A DNA stretch of 39,833 nt, taken from NCBI GenBank assembly GCA_030157755.1, contig JAOAUD010000156.1, positions 1 through 39,833 of the forward strand. The letters are read 5' to 3'. Below the pieces are notes generated by a model, which made no database searches, was not told where the DNA came from, and saw only the letters and a list, made by a program, of their open reading frames with translations. This document shows, one piece after another, positions 1 through 12,076 of the stretch (position 1 is its first letter; each line of letters opens with the position of its first letter). Source of the stretch: Candidatus Nanopelagicales bacterium (GTDB lineage: Bacteria; Actinomycetota; Actinomycetes; S36-B12; UBA10799). Made by a program: the position numbers and the translations under genes.

Positions 1-75
1 CATCTGCCCGCTTGTGGTCAAGAGTGCGTCGATCACCAGCCGGGGAATCTGCCAATCCGCAGGCAGTCAGTGCGT

Positions 76-774
76 TCAAACGGCGATCCCATCGGGCGCG
101 GGAAGTATCGCCTCGATCGTCACCATGACGGCGCCGGCGGGATACATCCGAACCTCCCTGCGCGCGTAATCCTCTCCAACCTCATCCGCGACCGTGAGCG
201 GCGAGACACGTACCGCGGCGCGGCGCACGCTGCGCCGGAGCTGGCCGGGCGTTTGGTGGACCGATTGTCCGAGAACGGCTGCCTCGACAGACTGCGCTTG
301 CTCGTCAGTGAGTCGTTCGCATTCGGAGTGCATAACGAGTGCCTGTGCGTAGCTGAGCTGCCCCGAAGCCAGCAGGCGTGCGGTCCCGACAAGCCGTGAG
401 TCGAGGTCGCGGGCAACTGCGATGCGCCCGGCGGCCGTAGAAGCGGCGATTCGCAGTGCCGCAGCAACTTCATCGCGAACGGGGTCAACCACCTGGAACG
501 GATCGACAGCGTCGGCAGACTCATTAGGGATCGGTCCGGCGACCGCAGCCAGGGCCTGGGCGGCAAGCGCGCTAATCCACGAACTGTGACGATCCAGGGC
601 GGCAACCAAGTTCAGCTGATCGGCCGCCGACAGCGACCACGGGTCCAACTCGGACAGCAGGCTCAGCAAGTCACCTGACGGTTTGCTGGAGAGTGCTGCA
701 GAAATCAGCCGAGATGGATCGAGAAATTTCAGACGTGGTTGGTCTGGAATGCTCACCCCATCGATTGCTGACAT
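76..774 (-). CDS. DUF222 domain protein (N-terminal part of a DUF222/HNH endonuclease, '13E12-like' family); probably disrupted, see findings
   Basis: The 232-aa ORF has the look of actinobacterial DUF222 proteins (Ala/Leu-rich helical region, ...RLLASGQLSYAQA..., ...REVRMYPAGAVMVTIEAILPAPDG...). It stops at TGA 76-78 with no HNH domain, and another frame stays open to the window edge. Confidence 0.55.
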   Translation of the reverse strand: MSAIDGVSIPDQPRLKFLDPSRLISAALSSKPSGDLLSLLSELDPWSLSAADQLNLVAALDRHSSWISALAAQALAAVAGPIPNESADAVDPFQVVDPVRDEVAAALRIAASTAAGRIAVARDLDSRLVGTARLLASGQLSYAQALVMHSECERLTDEQAQSVEAAVLGQSVHQTPGQLRRSVRRAAVRVSPLTVADEVGEDYARREVRMYPAGAVMVTIEAILPAPDGIAV

Positions 775-850
775 GTGTCGAGGTTAGGCAGTGGGTCTGA
801 CATTTCCAGACATGCAAAACGTCGGCAGTGCGATCTGGCTGTGATCTCGT

Positions 851-2140
851 TCAAGCGCCAGCTAGGTCAGCGATTACTGCCTCGGCCGCGCGTCGCCCAC
901 TGACGAGTGCGCCCTGGATGCTGGGAGTATCTCGGTGATCGCCGGCGATGTAGCGGCCGTCGCCGAACCGCACTTCCTTCCGAACATTCAATGGCGCCGG
1001 TGTTGCCGGAAGTGCATCGGGAATGACGAACTTCCCGACCAGTTCCCATCCTGCTGTTGAAGCACGATGCAAGGCTGCGGCATGAGTCAGTGCCGCTTGA
1101 TCATCGGCCGCGGATTCATGAACTCCAAGAGCGCTACTTGAGACCAGCGCGACGCCAGCGGGCGCGTAGGTGGCAGCGGCGTTACTCACAACGACCGAGT
1201 TGACCAGCGGGCCCGCACGACCCGGTCCACGGCCATCAACCACTAGGACCGGGCTTCCCCCAGCCAACTCGGAAGGTGCCTGGGTGGCGCGGTGATACCA
1301 GGTGGTCACTGAGTTCATCGGGGGTGCCGTGAATCCATCGAGCAACGCGCTGACACCGCGCGGATCCGTGGCAATGACGACAGCGCGTGCGGTGACCTCC
1401 CCGAAGTCGGTGGTCACCTGCAGGGGGCCGGTTCCACGAATTGACGACACCGACGCCGACGTGCGAACACTGCCCTGCGGCAGGGCAGCAGCCAACTGCT
1501 CGGGCAGAGCTCGCATTCCTTGCGCTGGAACGCTGGGCGTACCTCGGACGAATGAACGCAGGACAAGATCCATGAATCGTCGGGAAGTCACCAAGTCGGG
1601 TTCAAGAAATACACCGGACAGAAATGGGCGGATCATCGAATCGGTCAGCTCGTCGTCGATTCCGGCCGCTCGCAACGCCTCAAGCGCCGTGCAGTCGTTC
1701 TGCCCGATGACTTCACTGGCAGACATGCGCTCGCGGGCCAACGCGTACCAGGCAAAACGTAGCTTCGCTGACACAGACCCGATCGGTGATCGGATCGCCT
1801 GCCACATCGCACGAGGTTCGTTTCGCGGGTCGGCGACTAGCCAATTCCGCGAGGGAAGGCTGACCATCGCGCCGCGGGTGAATGGGCGCAGATCAAGACC
1901 GGCGTAGTCGAAGACCCGCTTCCCTTCCGGATACGCAGGGTTGTAGAGCTGGAACCCGTGATCGAGGCGGAAGCCGTCGACCACGTCTGTTCGGACTCGG
2001 CCGCCGACGGTTGCCTGCTTCTCGAGGACGAGCGGGCGAAGACCCGCTGCCGCCAGACTACGAGCGGCGGCGAGACCGGCCAAACCAGCACCCACCACCA
2101 CAACATCGACGTCTTGCGTGGCGTTCGAATCAGTTGTCAT
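851..2140 (-). CDS. NAD(P)/FAD-dependent oxidoreductase (flavin amine oxidase / phytoene desaturase-like)
   Basis: N-terminal dinucleotide-binding motif VDVVVVGAGLAGLAAA...LEKQATVGGRVRT. The length (429 aa) is typical of the family. Confidence 0.8.
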   Translation of the reverse strand: MTTDSNATQDVDVVVVGAGLAGLAAARSLAAAGLRPLVLEKQATVGGRVRTDVVDGFRLDHGFQLYNPAYPEGKRVFDYAGLDLRPFTRGAMVSLPSRNWLVADPRNEPRAMWQAIRSPIGSVSAKLRFAWYALARERMSASEVIGQNDCTALEALRAAGIDDELTDSMIRPFLSGVFLEPDLVTSRRFMDLVLRSFVRGTPSVPAQGMRALPEQLAAALPQGSVRTSASVSSIRGTGPLQVTTDFGEVTARAVVIATDPRGVSALLDGFTAPPMNSVTTWYHRATQAPSELAGGSPVLVVDGRGPGRAGPLVNSVVVSNAAATYAPAGVALVSSSALGVHESAADDQAALTHAAALHRASTAGWELVGKFVIPDALPATPAPLNVRKEVRFGDGRYIAGDHRDTPSIQGALVSGRRAAEAVIADLAGA

Positions 2141-2146
2141 CGCGGG

Positions 2147-3022
2147 TCAGTCCGACATCGATCCTGGTTTCGGCAGGTCAAATGCCTTGCGCTTGACCTT
2201 GTCTTGCAGCTTCTGCGGCAGATCCGCGAGGCCAGCGCCGAGGTGTGATTTTGCCCCCGTCAAGTAGTGAGCCTTCGGGTGCCTTGTGGTCAGTCCTTCC
2301 ATGATCACTTCTGCCACGCCCTCGGGCGAACTTCCTGACGTCTGCGTCTTGTATCCGCGGTCCGTGGCTTCTTTGAACATCTGCCCGTACAACTCGGCGG
2401 CTTCCGGGTTGAAGTTCTCGATGAGGGCATCGATACGGGCCTTGGTGGCCTTGTCGGCACCTGTGCTGATGAAGCCCGGTTCAACGAGGACAACGTCGAT
2501 TCCCCACGGTGCCAACTCCTGGCGGAATGTGTCGCTGGCCGCAGCGATTGCCGACTTCGAGGTCGCGAGAGCCCCGAAGAAGGGCATCGTGAGGCGATCA
2601 GCAATTGACCCGATGAAGACGATGCGACCCTGTGCCTTGCGGATTAGTGGAATCAGTGGCTGGGTCAGCGCTATCTGACCGAAGAAGTCCACATCAAATG
2701 AGGTTCGCAAGTCATCGAGGGACATCGTTTCGAGTGGCCCAGGAATTCCAATACCGGCGATGTTTGCCAGACCGTCGAGCCCAGCATCGCCGACATGTCC
2801 GTCGATGAGTTCGACGGCAGCAGCGATGTCGTCTGCGTTGGTGATGTCTAAGTGGATCTTCGTCAGCGTCTCGCCGTCGGGAACGGTTCCACCCCGGGCA
2901 GAGTCGTTGGCGCGGTCGCCGGCGAACACGTGGAATCCGGCTGCGACGGCGGCTTCCATTGTGGCCTTGCCGATACCCGACGACGTCCCGGTAATGGCAA
3001 TGTGTTTGAGCGCGCAGGTCAT
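2147..3022 (-). CDS. SDR family oxidoreductase
   Basis: ITGTSSGIGKA cofactor motif near the N-terminus. The ORF extends to 3028, but the ATG at 3022 has GAAGGG 6 nt upstream, whereas the ATG at 3028 abuts that SD. Confidence 0.85.
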   Translation of the reverse strand: MTCALKHIAITGTSSGIGKATMEAAVAAGFHVFAGDRANDSARGGTVPDGETLTKIHLDITNADDIAAAVELIDGHVGDAGLDGLANIAGIGIPGPLETMSLDDLRTSFDVDFFGQIALTQPLIPLIRKAQGRIVFIGSIADRLTMPFFGALATSKSAIAAASDTFRQELAPWGIDVVLVEPGFISTGADKATKARIDALIENFNPEAAELYGQMFKEATDRGYKTQTSGSSPEGVAEVIMEGLTTRHPKAHYLTGAKSHLGAGLADLPQKLQDKVKRKAFDLPKPGSMSD

Positions 3023-3116
3023 CTGCATCCCTTCGTCGCGGCCAACCGTAGCGGGGTGGCCGCCGCACCGCCAAGTGATGTTCGGTCAAGCAGCGCACAC
3101 GGGGTAGATTCGCAAC

Positions 3117-3931
3117 GTGTTCACCGTCGCCACTGCCAACGTCAATGGAATTCGCGCTGCTGCTCGCCGAGACAACCTCGCGTGGTTGGCGCAATGCGGT
3201 GCTGATGTCATCTGTTTGCAAGAGGTCCGCGCGAGTGACGAAGTGCTCGCGAAGACACTGGCGGACTGTGGACTCGGCCATTGGAACGTTGTTCACGCGG
3301 AGGCCAGCGCCGCAGGCAGATCAGGGGTTGCGATCCTGTCAGCCAGTGAGCTCGGTAAGCCGCGCGTCGGTGTTGGTCAGTCAGAGTTTGCTGACTCCGG
3401 TCGCTGGATCGAGGCGACCGTCGAGACATCCTTGGGGACCGTCACCGTGGTGTCGGTGTATGTCCACACCGGTGAGGCGGGGACTGGTCGTCAGGTCGAG
3501 AAGTACCGCTTTCTGGATGCGATGACGGCACGTCTGGCCCGACTGCGGGCAAACGCCCGCAAAGCTGGCGGCCACGTTGTGGTGTGCGGTGACCTCAATA
3601 TCGCCCACACCGAACGTGACATCAAGAACTGGCGAGGGAACCGCGACAAAGCCGGTTTCCTTGAAGATGAGCGCGCCTACCTCACGAAGTGGTTCGCGAA
3701 GCACTGGGTTGACGTTGGCCGTGCCCATGCCGGGGATGTATCAGGTCCCTACACCTGGTGGTCATGGCGTGGTCAAGCATTCGACAATGATTCGGGTTGG
3801 CGCATCGATTACGTGATGGCCGATGCTGAACTTGCCCAGAGTCTCGATTCTGTGACTGTGGGCCGGGCCGAAACGTATGCACAACGATGGAGCGACCACG
3901 CGCCAGTGCTAGCGAGATTCGGTAGCACTCC

Positions 3932-3935
<4 letters not shown>
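3117..3935 (+). CDS. xthA: exodeoxyribonuclease III
   Basis: GTG start. N-terminus MFTVATANVNGIRAA, plus ICLQEVRA, CGDLNIAH, WSWRG and a C-terminal SDHAPV, typical of ExoIII/AP endonucleases. Confidence 0.85.
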
Positions 3936-6252
<2,317 letters not shown>

Positions 6253-6263
6253 GAAGCGGCCAG

Positions 6264-6455
6264 TTACTGGCGCTTCTCAATTCGGCTACCTGGTCCAAGA
6301 GCGACCAACTGGCGGTGTCCGTTGTCGGCCCACTCAACGAGGTAGGAGTGGCTTCCTTCGGTCGAATCTCGAATGTCGATGACCGTTGCTTCGCGTGGTG
6401 CTTCGTCGCTGGACTCAATAATCACTGCGACCCGATCACCAATAGCTGCGTTCAT
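6264..6455 (-). CDS. small DUF1918-like protein
   Basis: 63 aa. The pattern IGDRV...REATVIDIR....YLVEWADNGH....GPGSRI resembles actinobacterial DUF1918 SH3-like proteins. SD AAGGGGGA lies upstream of the ATG. Confidence 0.55.
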   Translation of the reverse strand: MNAAIGDRVAVIIESSDEAPREATVIDIRDSTEGSHSYLVEWADNGHRQLVALGPGSRIEKRQ

Positions 6456-6609
6456 GTGTTCCCCCTTTTCTCATGAGCGCGTGGTGCTGTGCGCTCCTCA
6501 TTCAATGGTCTGCGATCCGTGGACCAACCTCAAGGTCATACGTCACGTTGAGGTGATTCGTTCTGTGAAGGTCATCACGGTTAGAGCGGAAAGTGCGGAG
6601 AAAATAGGA

Positions 6610-7842
6610 CTATTTGCCCTTTCTGATGAGCACTCTGGCCCGCAGGATCGAAGCCACGATAAGGACCGCGAGGAACGCCACCAACGCATACATGAGCCAC
6701 GGTAGATCGCTGGTGGAGGTTGACTGGTTGGTGACTGACGCCGCCAGAACCTGAGTGTCTGCCGCCGTGCCTGTTGCCGGATTGGTGTCAGGAGTGCCGA
6801 CGCCCGCGCTGGTACCAGACTGCGCTGACTTGGCGACCTGGGCAGTCTCGTCTGCGCTTTGGCCTGGTTGAGGCAGCGTGCCAAGTGGGTTCACTCGACC
6901 CAGATTGGCGAAGCCCCAGTCGAGTAGTTTCGCTCCGGCCTCATCGAGGTGTTGCTCCGTGCGCATGATCGATATCAGCAGTGTGTGCCCGTTGCGCTCG
7001 GCAGCACCAACAAAGGTCCGTCCGGCGTTGGTGGTGTATCCGGTCTTCCCACCGATGATTCCGGGATATCGGTTCATCAGCAGCCTGTCTTGGTTTGCGA
7101 TCGCAAACGATTCGCGCTTCTTACCCGGCGCCGGCATTTCGCCGGGGAATTGGGCGGTGCGGGTTCCGACCAACTGGCGGAACAATGGCAGTTGGAGACC
7201 TGCCCGGAAGATGGTCACTTCGTCGAGTGCGGTGCTCACGTGCCCGTCACTGTCGAGCCCGCTGGGATTGCGGATCACTGTGTCGTTCGCACCGAGCTTG
7301 GCGGCTTCCGCGTTCATTTCGGCGATGGTCTTGTCCCAGCCACCGTTGGCATTTGCCAAGGCGCTCGCGGCATCGTTGCCGCTCGGAAGCATCAGGCCGT
7401 GAAGCAGATCCATCACGGTGTAACTCGCGCCGGGTTGGATACCGACTTGGCTGCCGTCAGCCTTCGCATCCTGTTTACGACCAACGTAGGTGGAGTTCGG
7501 GTCGAGGTGTGGGATCACGGTCAGCGCTGTGAGCGCCTTTGTTGTGCTGGCTTGTGGGAGGCGATGCCGGGAACCCTTCGCCGCGAGGATTTCGCCAGAT
7601 TGAGCGTCGGCGATGATCCAGGCGTAGGCGTCAAGTTCGGGAGGTGGAGTGGCACCGGCGATTGGTGAGAACTCGATTGGCGGGCCAGGCGGAGGCTTGG
7701 GTGGGTCCGTGTTCTTGGCCGTAGCCATTGATCCACTCGCGACCAGCGCTGCGAATGCAATCAGCATCGCCATCACAATGCGCACGCTGGCTGTTAACCA
7801 ACCGCCTTCGCGGCGGTTGAGGTTGCCAGATGTGATGTGCAC
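6610..7842 (-). CDS. dacB: D-alanyl-D-alanine carboxypeptidase (peptidase S11, low-molecular-weight PBP)
   Basis: N-terminal signal/TM segment, SxxK (ASTTKAL), SxN (PSGND) and KTG (GKTGYT) motifs, and a C-terminal TM anchor. GTG start at 7842; the exact start is uncertain. Confidence 0.85.
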   Translation of the reverse strand: MHITSGNLNRREGGWLTASVRIVMAMLIAFAALVASGSMATAKNTDPPKPPPGPPIEFSPIAGATPPPELDAYAWIIADAQSGEILAAKGSRHRLPQASTTKALTALTVIPHLDPNSTYVGRKQDAKADGSQVGIQPGASYTVMDLLHGLMLPSGNDAASALANANGGWDKTIAEMNAEAAKLGANDTVIRNPSGLDSDGHVSTALDEVTIFRAGLQLPLFRQLVGTRTAQFPGEMPAPGKKRESFAIANQDRLLMNRYPGIIGGKTGYTTNAGRTFVGAAERNGHTLLISIMRTEQHLDEAGAKLLDWGFANLGRVNPLGTLPQPGQSADETAQVAKSAQSGTSAGVGTPDTNPATGTAADTQVLAASVTNQSTSTSDLPWLMYALVAFLAVLIVASILRARVLIRKGK

Positions 7843-7975
7843 CCTGAAACGATAACCCGCGGATTTCTGATCTCGGCATCAAATGTCGCAGGAGCCAAAT
7901 AATTCATTCGGATTGATGACGCGCAGTAGTCGAGCTGCTGCGATGGGCGCGTAATTGGCGCGTGATAGGCCCGGG

Positions 7976-7987
7976 TGAACCGGTTCA
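7976..7987. promoter_or_regulatory. perfect 12-bp palindrome TGAACCGGTTCA in the dacB / secreted-protein divergent intergenic region (candidate operator)
   Basis: Read directly from the sequence. It lies about 100 nt upstream of the ATG at 8088. Confidence 0.25.
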
Positions 7988-8087
7988 GAGGCGGTCTACC
8001 AAGCTCGTGAGGTTTGCTGCAGGAACCCGCAGGGCAGATCTGTCTCCAACCGATCCGAAACCCGGATCAGGAGAATTGGAGAGTCAC

Positions 8088-8501
8088 ATGAAGAAGCATC
8101 TCGCTATTGCCGCGCTCGCCACCGCTGGTGCCGTCCTTGTTGCGCCAGCCGCCCTGGCGGCGCCGACCGCTCCTGCGCCAACTTCGGCTGGGACGACAAC
8201 TGTCTCCGCACCGGCACCGGTCGGTCCAGAGACGACGATCAGCGGCCCACAGACCGCCAAGGTCGGCCAGGAGTTCAAGATCACCGGCAAGACCGACAAG
8301 GGCCTTAAGGGCTCCAAGGTCTACGCCTACCAGGACGGCAAGAAGATCGCCGCTGAACGCACCGTGGCCGCCAATGGCGACATCTCGATGAGGATCGTTT
8401 CAGGAAAGGCTGGGGCTAACCAGGCCTACCAGTTCCGGGTTGTCGACGGCGCTAAGAATGTGTGGAGGAGCAACACCATTCACATCAACGTCGTCAAGTA
8501 G
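8088..8501 (+). CDS. small secreted protein of unknown function (beta-rich, Ig-like appearance)
   Basis: The internal ATG at 8088 is preceded by GGAGAATTGGAGAG. Signal peptide MKKHLAIAALATAGAVLVAPAALA|AP. The longer track ORF (from 7962) has no support. Confidence 0.6.
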   Translation: MKKHLAIAALATAGAVLVAPAALAAPTAPAPTSAGTTTVSAPAPVGPETTISGPQTAKVGQEFKITGKTDKGLKGSKVYAYQDGKKIAAERTVAANGDISMRIVSGKAGANQAYQFRVVDGAKNVWRSNTIHINVVK

Positions 8502-8511
8502 TCGCGACACT

Positions 8512-8527
8512 GCGGCCTCTGGGCCGC
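8512..8527. terminator. short GC hairpin GCGGCC-tctg-GGCCGC between convergent genes (possible bidirectional terminator)
   Basis: 6-bp perfect stem, 10 nt after the stop at 8501 and 37 nt before the sdhB stop. Confidence 0.3.
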
Positions 8528-8563
8528 GTCTTCCTCGACACGCAACCAAGTGTGCCCGTGTGG

Positions 8564-9328
8564 TTACGGACGTCCTGACAGCAATGCCTTCTTGACCTGG
8601 CGGATCGCGTCAGTGATCTCGATGCCACGCGGGCACGCTTCGGTGCAGTTGAACGTGGTGCGGCAACGCCAGACGCCATCCTGGGAGTTAAGGATCTCGA
8701 GGCGTTCAGCGGTCCCAGCATCACGGCTGTCGAAGATGAATCGGTGAGCGCCGATGATCGCCTGTGGGCCGAAGTATTGATCGTCATTCCAGAACACCGG
8801 GCACGATGTCGTGCACGCGGCACAAAGAATGCACTTGGTGGTGTCATCGAAGATCGCTCGCTCTTCAGCGGATTGAATCCGCTCCCTGGTCGGCGGGTGA
8901 TCATCTGTAATGAGGAATGGCATGACCTCGCGGTACGCCTTGAAGAAGGGCTCCATGTCGACGATGAGGTCCTTCTCCTGCGGGAGGCCCTTGAGCGCTT
9001 CGACCGTGATTGGCTTCTTGGTGTTGAGATCCTTGATCAGGGTCTTGCATGCCAGACGGTTGCGGCCATTGATCCGCATCGCGTCGGACCCGCAGATTCC
9101 ATGGCCACACGAGCGGCGGAAAGTCAGCGACCCATCCTGCTCGCCCTTGATCTTCTCGAGGGCCGTCAAGACACGATCGGTGGGAAAGCAGGAGACAACA
9201 AACTCCTCCCAGTGCGCGCCTTCGTCGACCTCCGGGTTGAATCGGAGGATCTTGAAGGTGACATCGGTGGCAACAGGTGCGGCAAGGGCACCTGCGGCTG
9301 CGCTCGTCTCACTCGCGGTGGCAGTCAT
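8564..9328 (-). CDS. sdhB: succinate dehydrogenase iron-sulfur subunit
   Basis: Three Cys clusters (CGHGICGSDAM, CILCAACTTSCP, CRTTFNCTEACP). ATGA overlap with sdhA. Confidence 0.95.
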   Translation of the reverse strand: MTATASETSAAAGALAAPVATDVTFKILRFNPEVDEGAHWEEFVVSCFPTDRVLTALEKIKGEQDGSLTFRRSCGHGICGSDAMRINGRNRLACKTLIKDLNTKKPITVEALKGLPQEKDLIVDMEPFFKAYREVMPFLITDDHPPTRERIQSAEERAIFDDTTKCILCAACTTSCPVFWNDDQYFGPQAIIGAHRFIFDSRDAGTAERLEILNSQDGVWRCRTTFNCTEACPRGIEITDAIRQVKKALLSGRP

Positions 9329-11082
9329 CAGTACTTACGCTCCATCGGCTGGTAGCGGGTCACAACGACCGGCTTGTAGTCGAGTCTGACTTCGGCTGAA
9401 CCTTCTTCGTCTTCTTCGCGGTACGCCATGGTGTGAACCATGAAGTTCTCGTCGTCGCGGGTCTGGTAATCCTCGCGTGCGTGCCCGCCGCGGGATTCCT
9501 TACGAGCCAGCGCGCCCACGATCAAGGTCTCGGCGAGGTCAAGCAGGAACCCGAGCTCGATCGCCTCGAGTAGATCCGTGTTGTATCGACGACCCTTGTC
9601 CGAGATCGCGACGTTTTGGTAGCGGACCTGCAGCGCCTTGATGTCGGCAAGTGCCTGGGTCAGGGTTTCCTCGGTGCGATAGACCTGCGCGTTCATGTCC
9701 ATCGTTTCCTGCATCGCCCGGCGAATCTCCGAGACTCGCTCGTTGCCTGTTGAGTCACGCAGGTTTTCCACGAGTGAAACGACGTGCCCGGCAGCATCGT
9801 CGGGCAGCGGCGGCTGCTCGGCGGTGGACGCGTACTCGGCCGCTGCGATGCCAGCGCGCCGACCGAAGACGTTGATGTCCAACAGCGAGTTGGTGCCCAG
9901 GCGGTTCGAGCCGTGGACGGACACACACGCGCATTCGCCGGCGGCGTACAGACCCGGCACGACGTCGGTGTTGTTGCGAAGCACCTCGGTCTCGATGTTG
10001 GTGGGAATGCCGCCCATCGCGTAGTGAGCGGTGGGGAACACCGGCACCAGTTCACTCACCGGGTCGACTCCGAGGTACGTCCGGGCGAACTCAGTGATGT
10101 CAGGGAGCTTCTCTTCGATCTGGGCTGCCGGAAGGTGTGTGAGGTCGAGATATACGTAGTCCTTGTGAGGACCGGCGCCGCGACCCTCACGGACTTCCTG
10201 CAGCATCGCTCGGCTCACCATGTCGCGCGGCGCCAAGTCTTTAATCGTGGGCGCGTACCGCTCCATGAATCGTTCGCCGTCAACGTTGCGCAGGATGCCG
10301 CCTTCGCCGCGGGCGCCTTCCGTGAGCAGCACACCGAGGCCGGCCAAACCGGTCGGATGGAACTGGTAGAACTCCATGTCCTCAAGCGGCAGACCCTTGC
10401 GGTACACGATGGCCATGCCGTCGCCGGTGAGCGTATGAGCATTCGAGGTGGTCTTGAAGACCTTGCCGAAGCCACCACTGGCGAAGATGACTGACTTGGC
10501 GGTGAACACGTGGATTTCGCCGGTCGCTAGTTCGTATGCGACAACACCAGCGGCCTTCGGTTCGCCCTCGGAGCGGTCAAGGATCAGGTCGAGGACGTAG
10601 AACTCGTTGTAGAACTCGATGCCGCGCTTGATGCAGTTCTGATACAGCGTCTGAAGGATCATGTGGCCCGTGCGGTCGGCGGCGTAACAAGCGCGGCGAA
10701 CTGCAGCTTCACCGTGGTTTCGAGTGTGCCCACCGAAGCGACGCTGATCGATCTTGCCTTCGGGGGTCCGGTTGAACGGAAGGCCCATGTTCTCGAGGTC
10801 GATAACGGCGTCAATCGCCTCTTTGCACATGACCTCGGCAGCATCCTGATCTACCAGGTAGTCGCCGCCCTTGATGGTGTCAAAGGTGTGCCATTCCCAG
10901 TTGTCTTCCTCGACGTTCGCAAGAGCGGCGCACATGCCACCTTGGGCAGCTCCGGTGTGCGAACGCGTCGGGTAAAGCTTTGTGAGCACTGCGGTGCGCG
11001 CGCGAGTTCCGGATTCCAGGGCGGCACGCATTCCTGCGCCACCTGCACCGACGATGACCACGTCGTAACGATGGACCTGCAT
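9328..11082 (-). CDS. sdhA: succinate dehydrogenase flavoprotein subunit
   Basis: [18 protein letters not shown] motif, [10 protein letters not shown] (covalent-FAD His region), 584 aa. Confidence 0.97.
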   Translation of the reverse strand: MQVHRYDVVIVGAGGAGMRAALESGTRARTAVLTKLYPTRSHTGAAQGGMCAALANVEEDNWEWHTFDTIKGGDYLVDQDAAEVMCKEAIDAVIDLENMGLPFNRTPEGKIDQRRFGGHTRNHGEAAVRRACYAADRTGHMILQTLYQNCIKRGIEFYNEFYVLDLILDRSEGEPKAAGVVAYELATGEIHVFTAKSVIFASGGFGKVFKTTSNAHTLTGDGMAIVYRKGLPLEDMEFYQFHPTGLAGLGVLLTEGARGEGGILRNVDGERFMERYAPTIKDLAPRDMVSRAMLQEVREGRGAGPHKDYVYLDLTHLPAAQIEEKLPDITEFARTYLGVDPVSELVPVFPTAHYAMGGIPTNIETEVLRNNTDVVPGLYAAGECACVSVHGSNRLGTNSLLDINVFGRRAGIAAAEYASTAEQPPLPDDAAGHVVSLVENLRDSTGNERVSEIRRAMQETMDMNAQVYRTEETLTQALADIKALQVRYQNVAISDKGRRYNTDLLEAIELGFLLDLAETLIVGALARKESRGGHAREDYQTRDDENFMVHTMAYREEDEEGSAEVRLDYKPVVVTRYQPMERKY

Positions 11083-11099
11083 GTCGTTTGATCGCCCCT

Positions 11100-11501
11100 T
11101 TAGCTGATGCTCGGATCGAAGGTGAAGATCACCAGAGTGCCCAATGCGATGACGAGGACGGTTGCGCAGTAGAGCAGGCCCTTGAGTGTCAGGCGGGTGC
11201 CTTCTTTGCTCGCGTAGTCATTGATGATCGTGCGGAGGCCGTTGCAGCCGTGAATCATCGCTAACCACAGCATCAGCAGGTCCCAGATCTGCCAGAACGG
11301 ACTTGCCCAGCGACCAGCAACGAATGCGAAGTTGATCCGATGAACACCCCCGTCGAGGATGTTCATGATCAGCAGGTGGCCGAGCACCAGAATGATGAGA
11401 ACCACGCCGGAAATCCGCATGAAGAGCCAGGCGTTGAGTTCGAAGTTGTTCTTCGTGAGTTGGCGGCGGCTGCGAGGTGCGTCGAGGGTGGGTGCACTCA
11501 T
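11100..11501 (-). CDS. sdhD: succinate dehydrogenase hydrophobic membrane anchor subunit
   Basis: 133-aa three-TM protein in the sdhCDAB position. 4-nt overlap with sdhC. Confidence 0.85.
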   Translation of the reverse strand: MSAPTLDAPRSRRQLTKNNFELNAWLFMRISGVVLIILVLGHLLIMNILDGGVHRINFAFVAGRWASPFWQIWDLLMLWLAMIHGCNGLRTIINDYASKEGTRLTLKGLLYCATVLVIALGTLVIFTFDPSIS

Positions 11502-11893
11502 GAGGAAGCTCCAAACAGGGTCTGGAAGGTGCGCAGCAACATGAAGTAGGCGCCCGGAATCATCACGACGAGCCAGACAACGATGATGCTGCGAAGCATT
11601 GACTTCTGGTACTTGGGACCCTTCGCCCAGAAGTCACTGAGGATGATTCGCACACCGTTGAGCGCGTGGTACAGAACAGCGCCGACGAGTCCGACCTCCA
11701 TGAGGTTGACCAGTGGCGTCTTGTACAACTCGAGAGCGTCGTTGTAGGCCTCTGGTGAAATCCGAACGAGAGCCGTGTCAGTGACGTGCACCAACAGGAA
11801 GAAGAAGACCAAGACACCGGTAATCCGGTGAGCGACCCACGACCACATACCGTCGTGTCCGCGGTACAGAGTCCCGGTAGCGGACTTTGCCAC
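11498..11893 (-). CDS. sdhC: succinate dehydrogenase cytochrome b subunit
   Basis: 131-aa three-TM protein, first gene of the operon. GTG start with GGAGG upstream. Confidence 0.85.
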   Translation of the reverse strand: MAKSATGTLYRGHDGMWSWVAHRITGVLVFFFLLVHVTDTALVRISPEAYNDALELYKTPLVNLMEVGLVGAVLYHALNGVRIILSDFWAKGPKYQKSMLRSIIVVWLVVMIPGAYFMLLRTFQTLFGASS

Positions 11894-12076
11894 CTACGCC
11901 TCCGAGCAACAACTCGAGTCGGCGGGCGCGCCAATTGGAAATTGCGCACCCGGGCCAGCAACCGGACGTGGTGCTGCCTAGATGAATGCTAACGCTCCAC
12001 AGCCCTCAACCTGCCACCACCACCCGTTGAGCCGCTGCCGGAAGTTCCTGGAATTGGCCTGGGATAACCTCGACCT

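Noticed and set aside
6949-7668. 239-aa plus-strand ORF (and 6878-7402, 7095-7532)
   Set aside because: These are antisense shadow ORFs of the DD-carboxypeptidase gene, which carries SxxK/SxN/KTG motifs.
7843-8087. Possible riboswitch (ydaO/c-di-AMP or c-di-GMP type) upstream of the envelope genes
   Set aside because: I could not find the conserved core sequences of those classes, only short generic hairpins (CGCAG..CTGCG, GATCCG-aaacc-CGGATC).
9784-10494. 236-aa plus-strand ORF, plus other ORFs inside sdhA/sdhB
   Set aside because: They are antisense to sdhA. The same reasoning applies to 8744-9355, 8910-9389 and 10663-11091.
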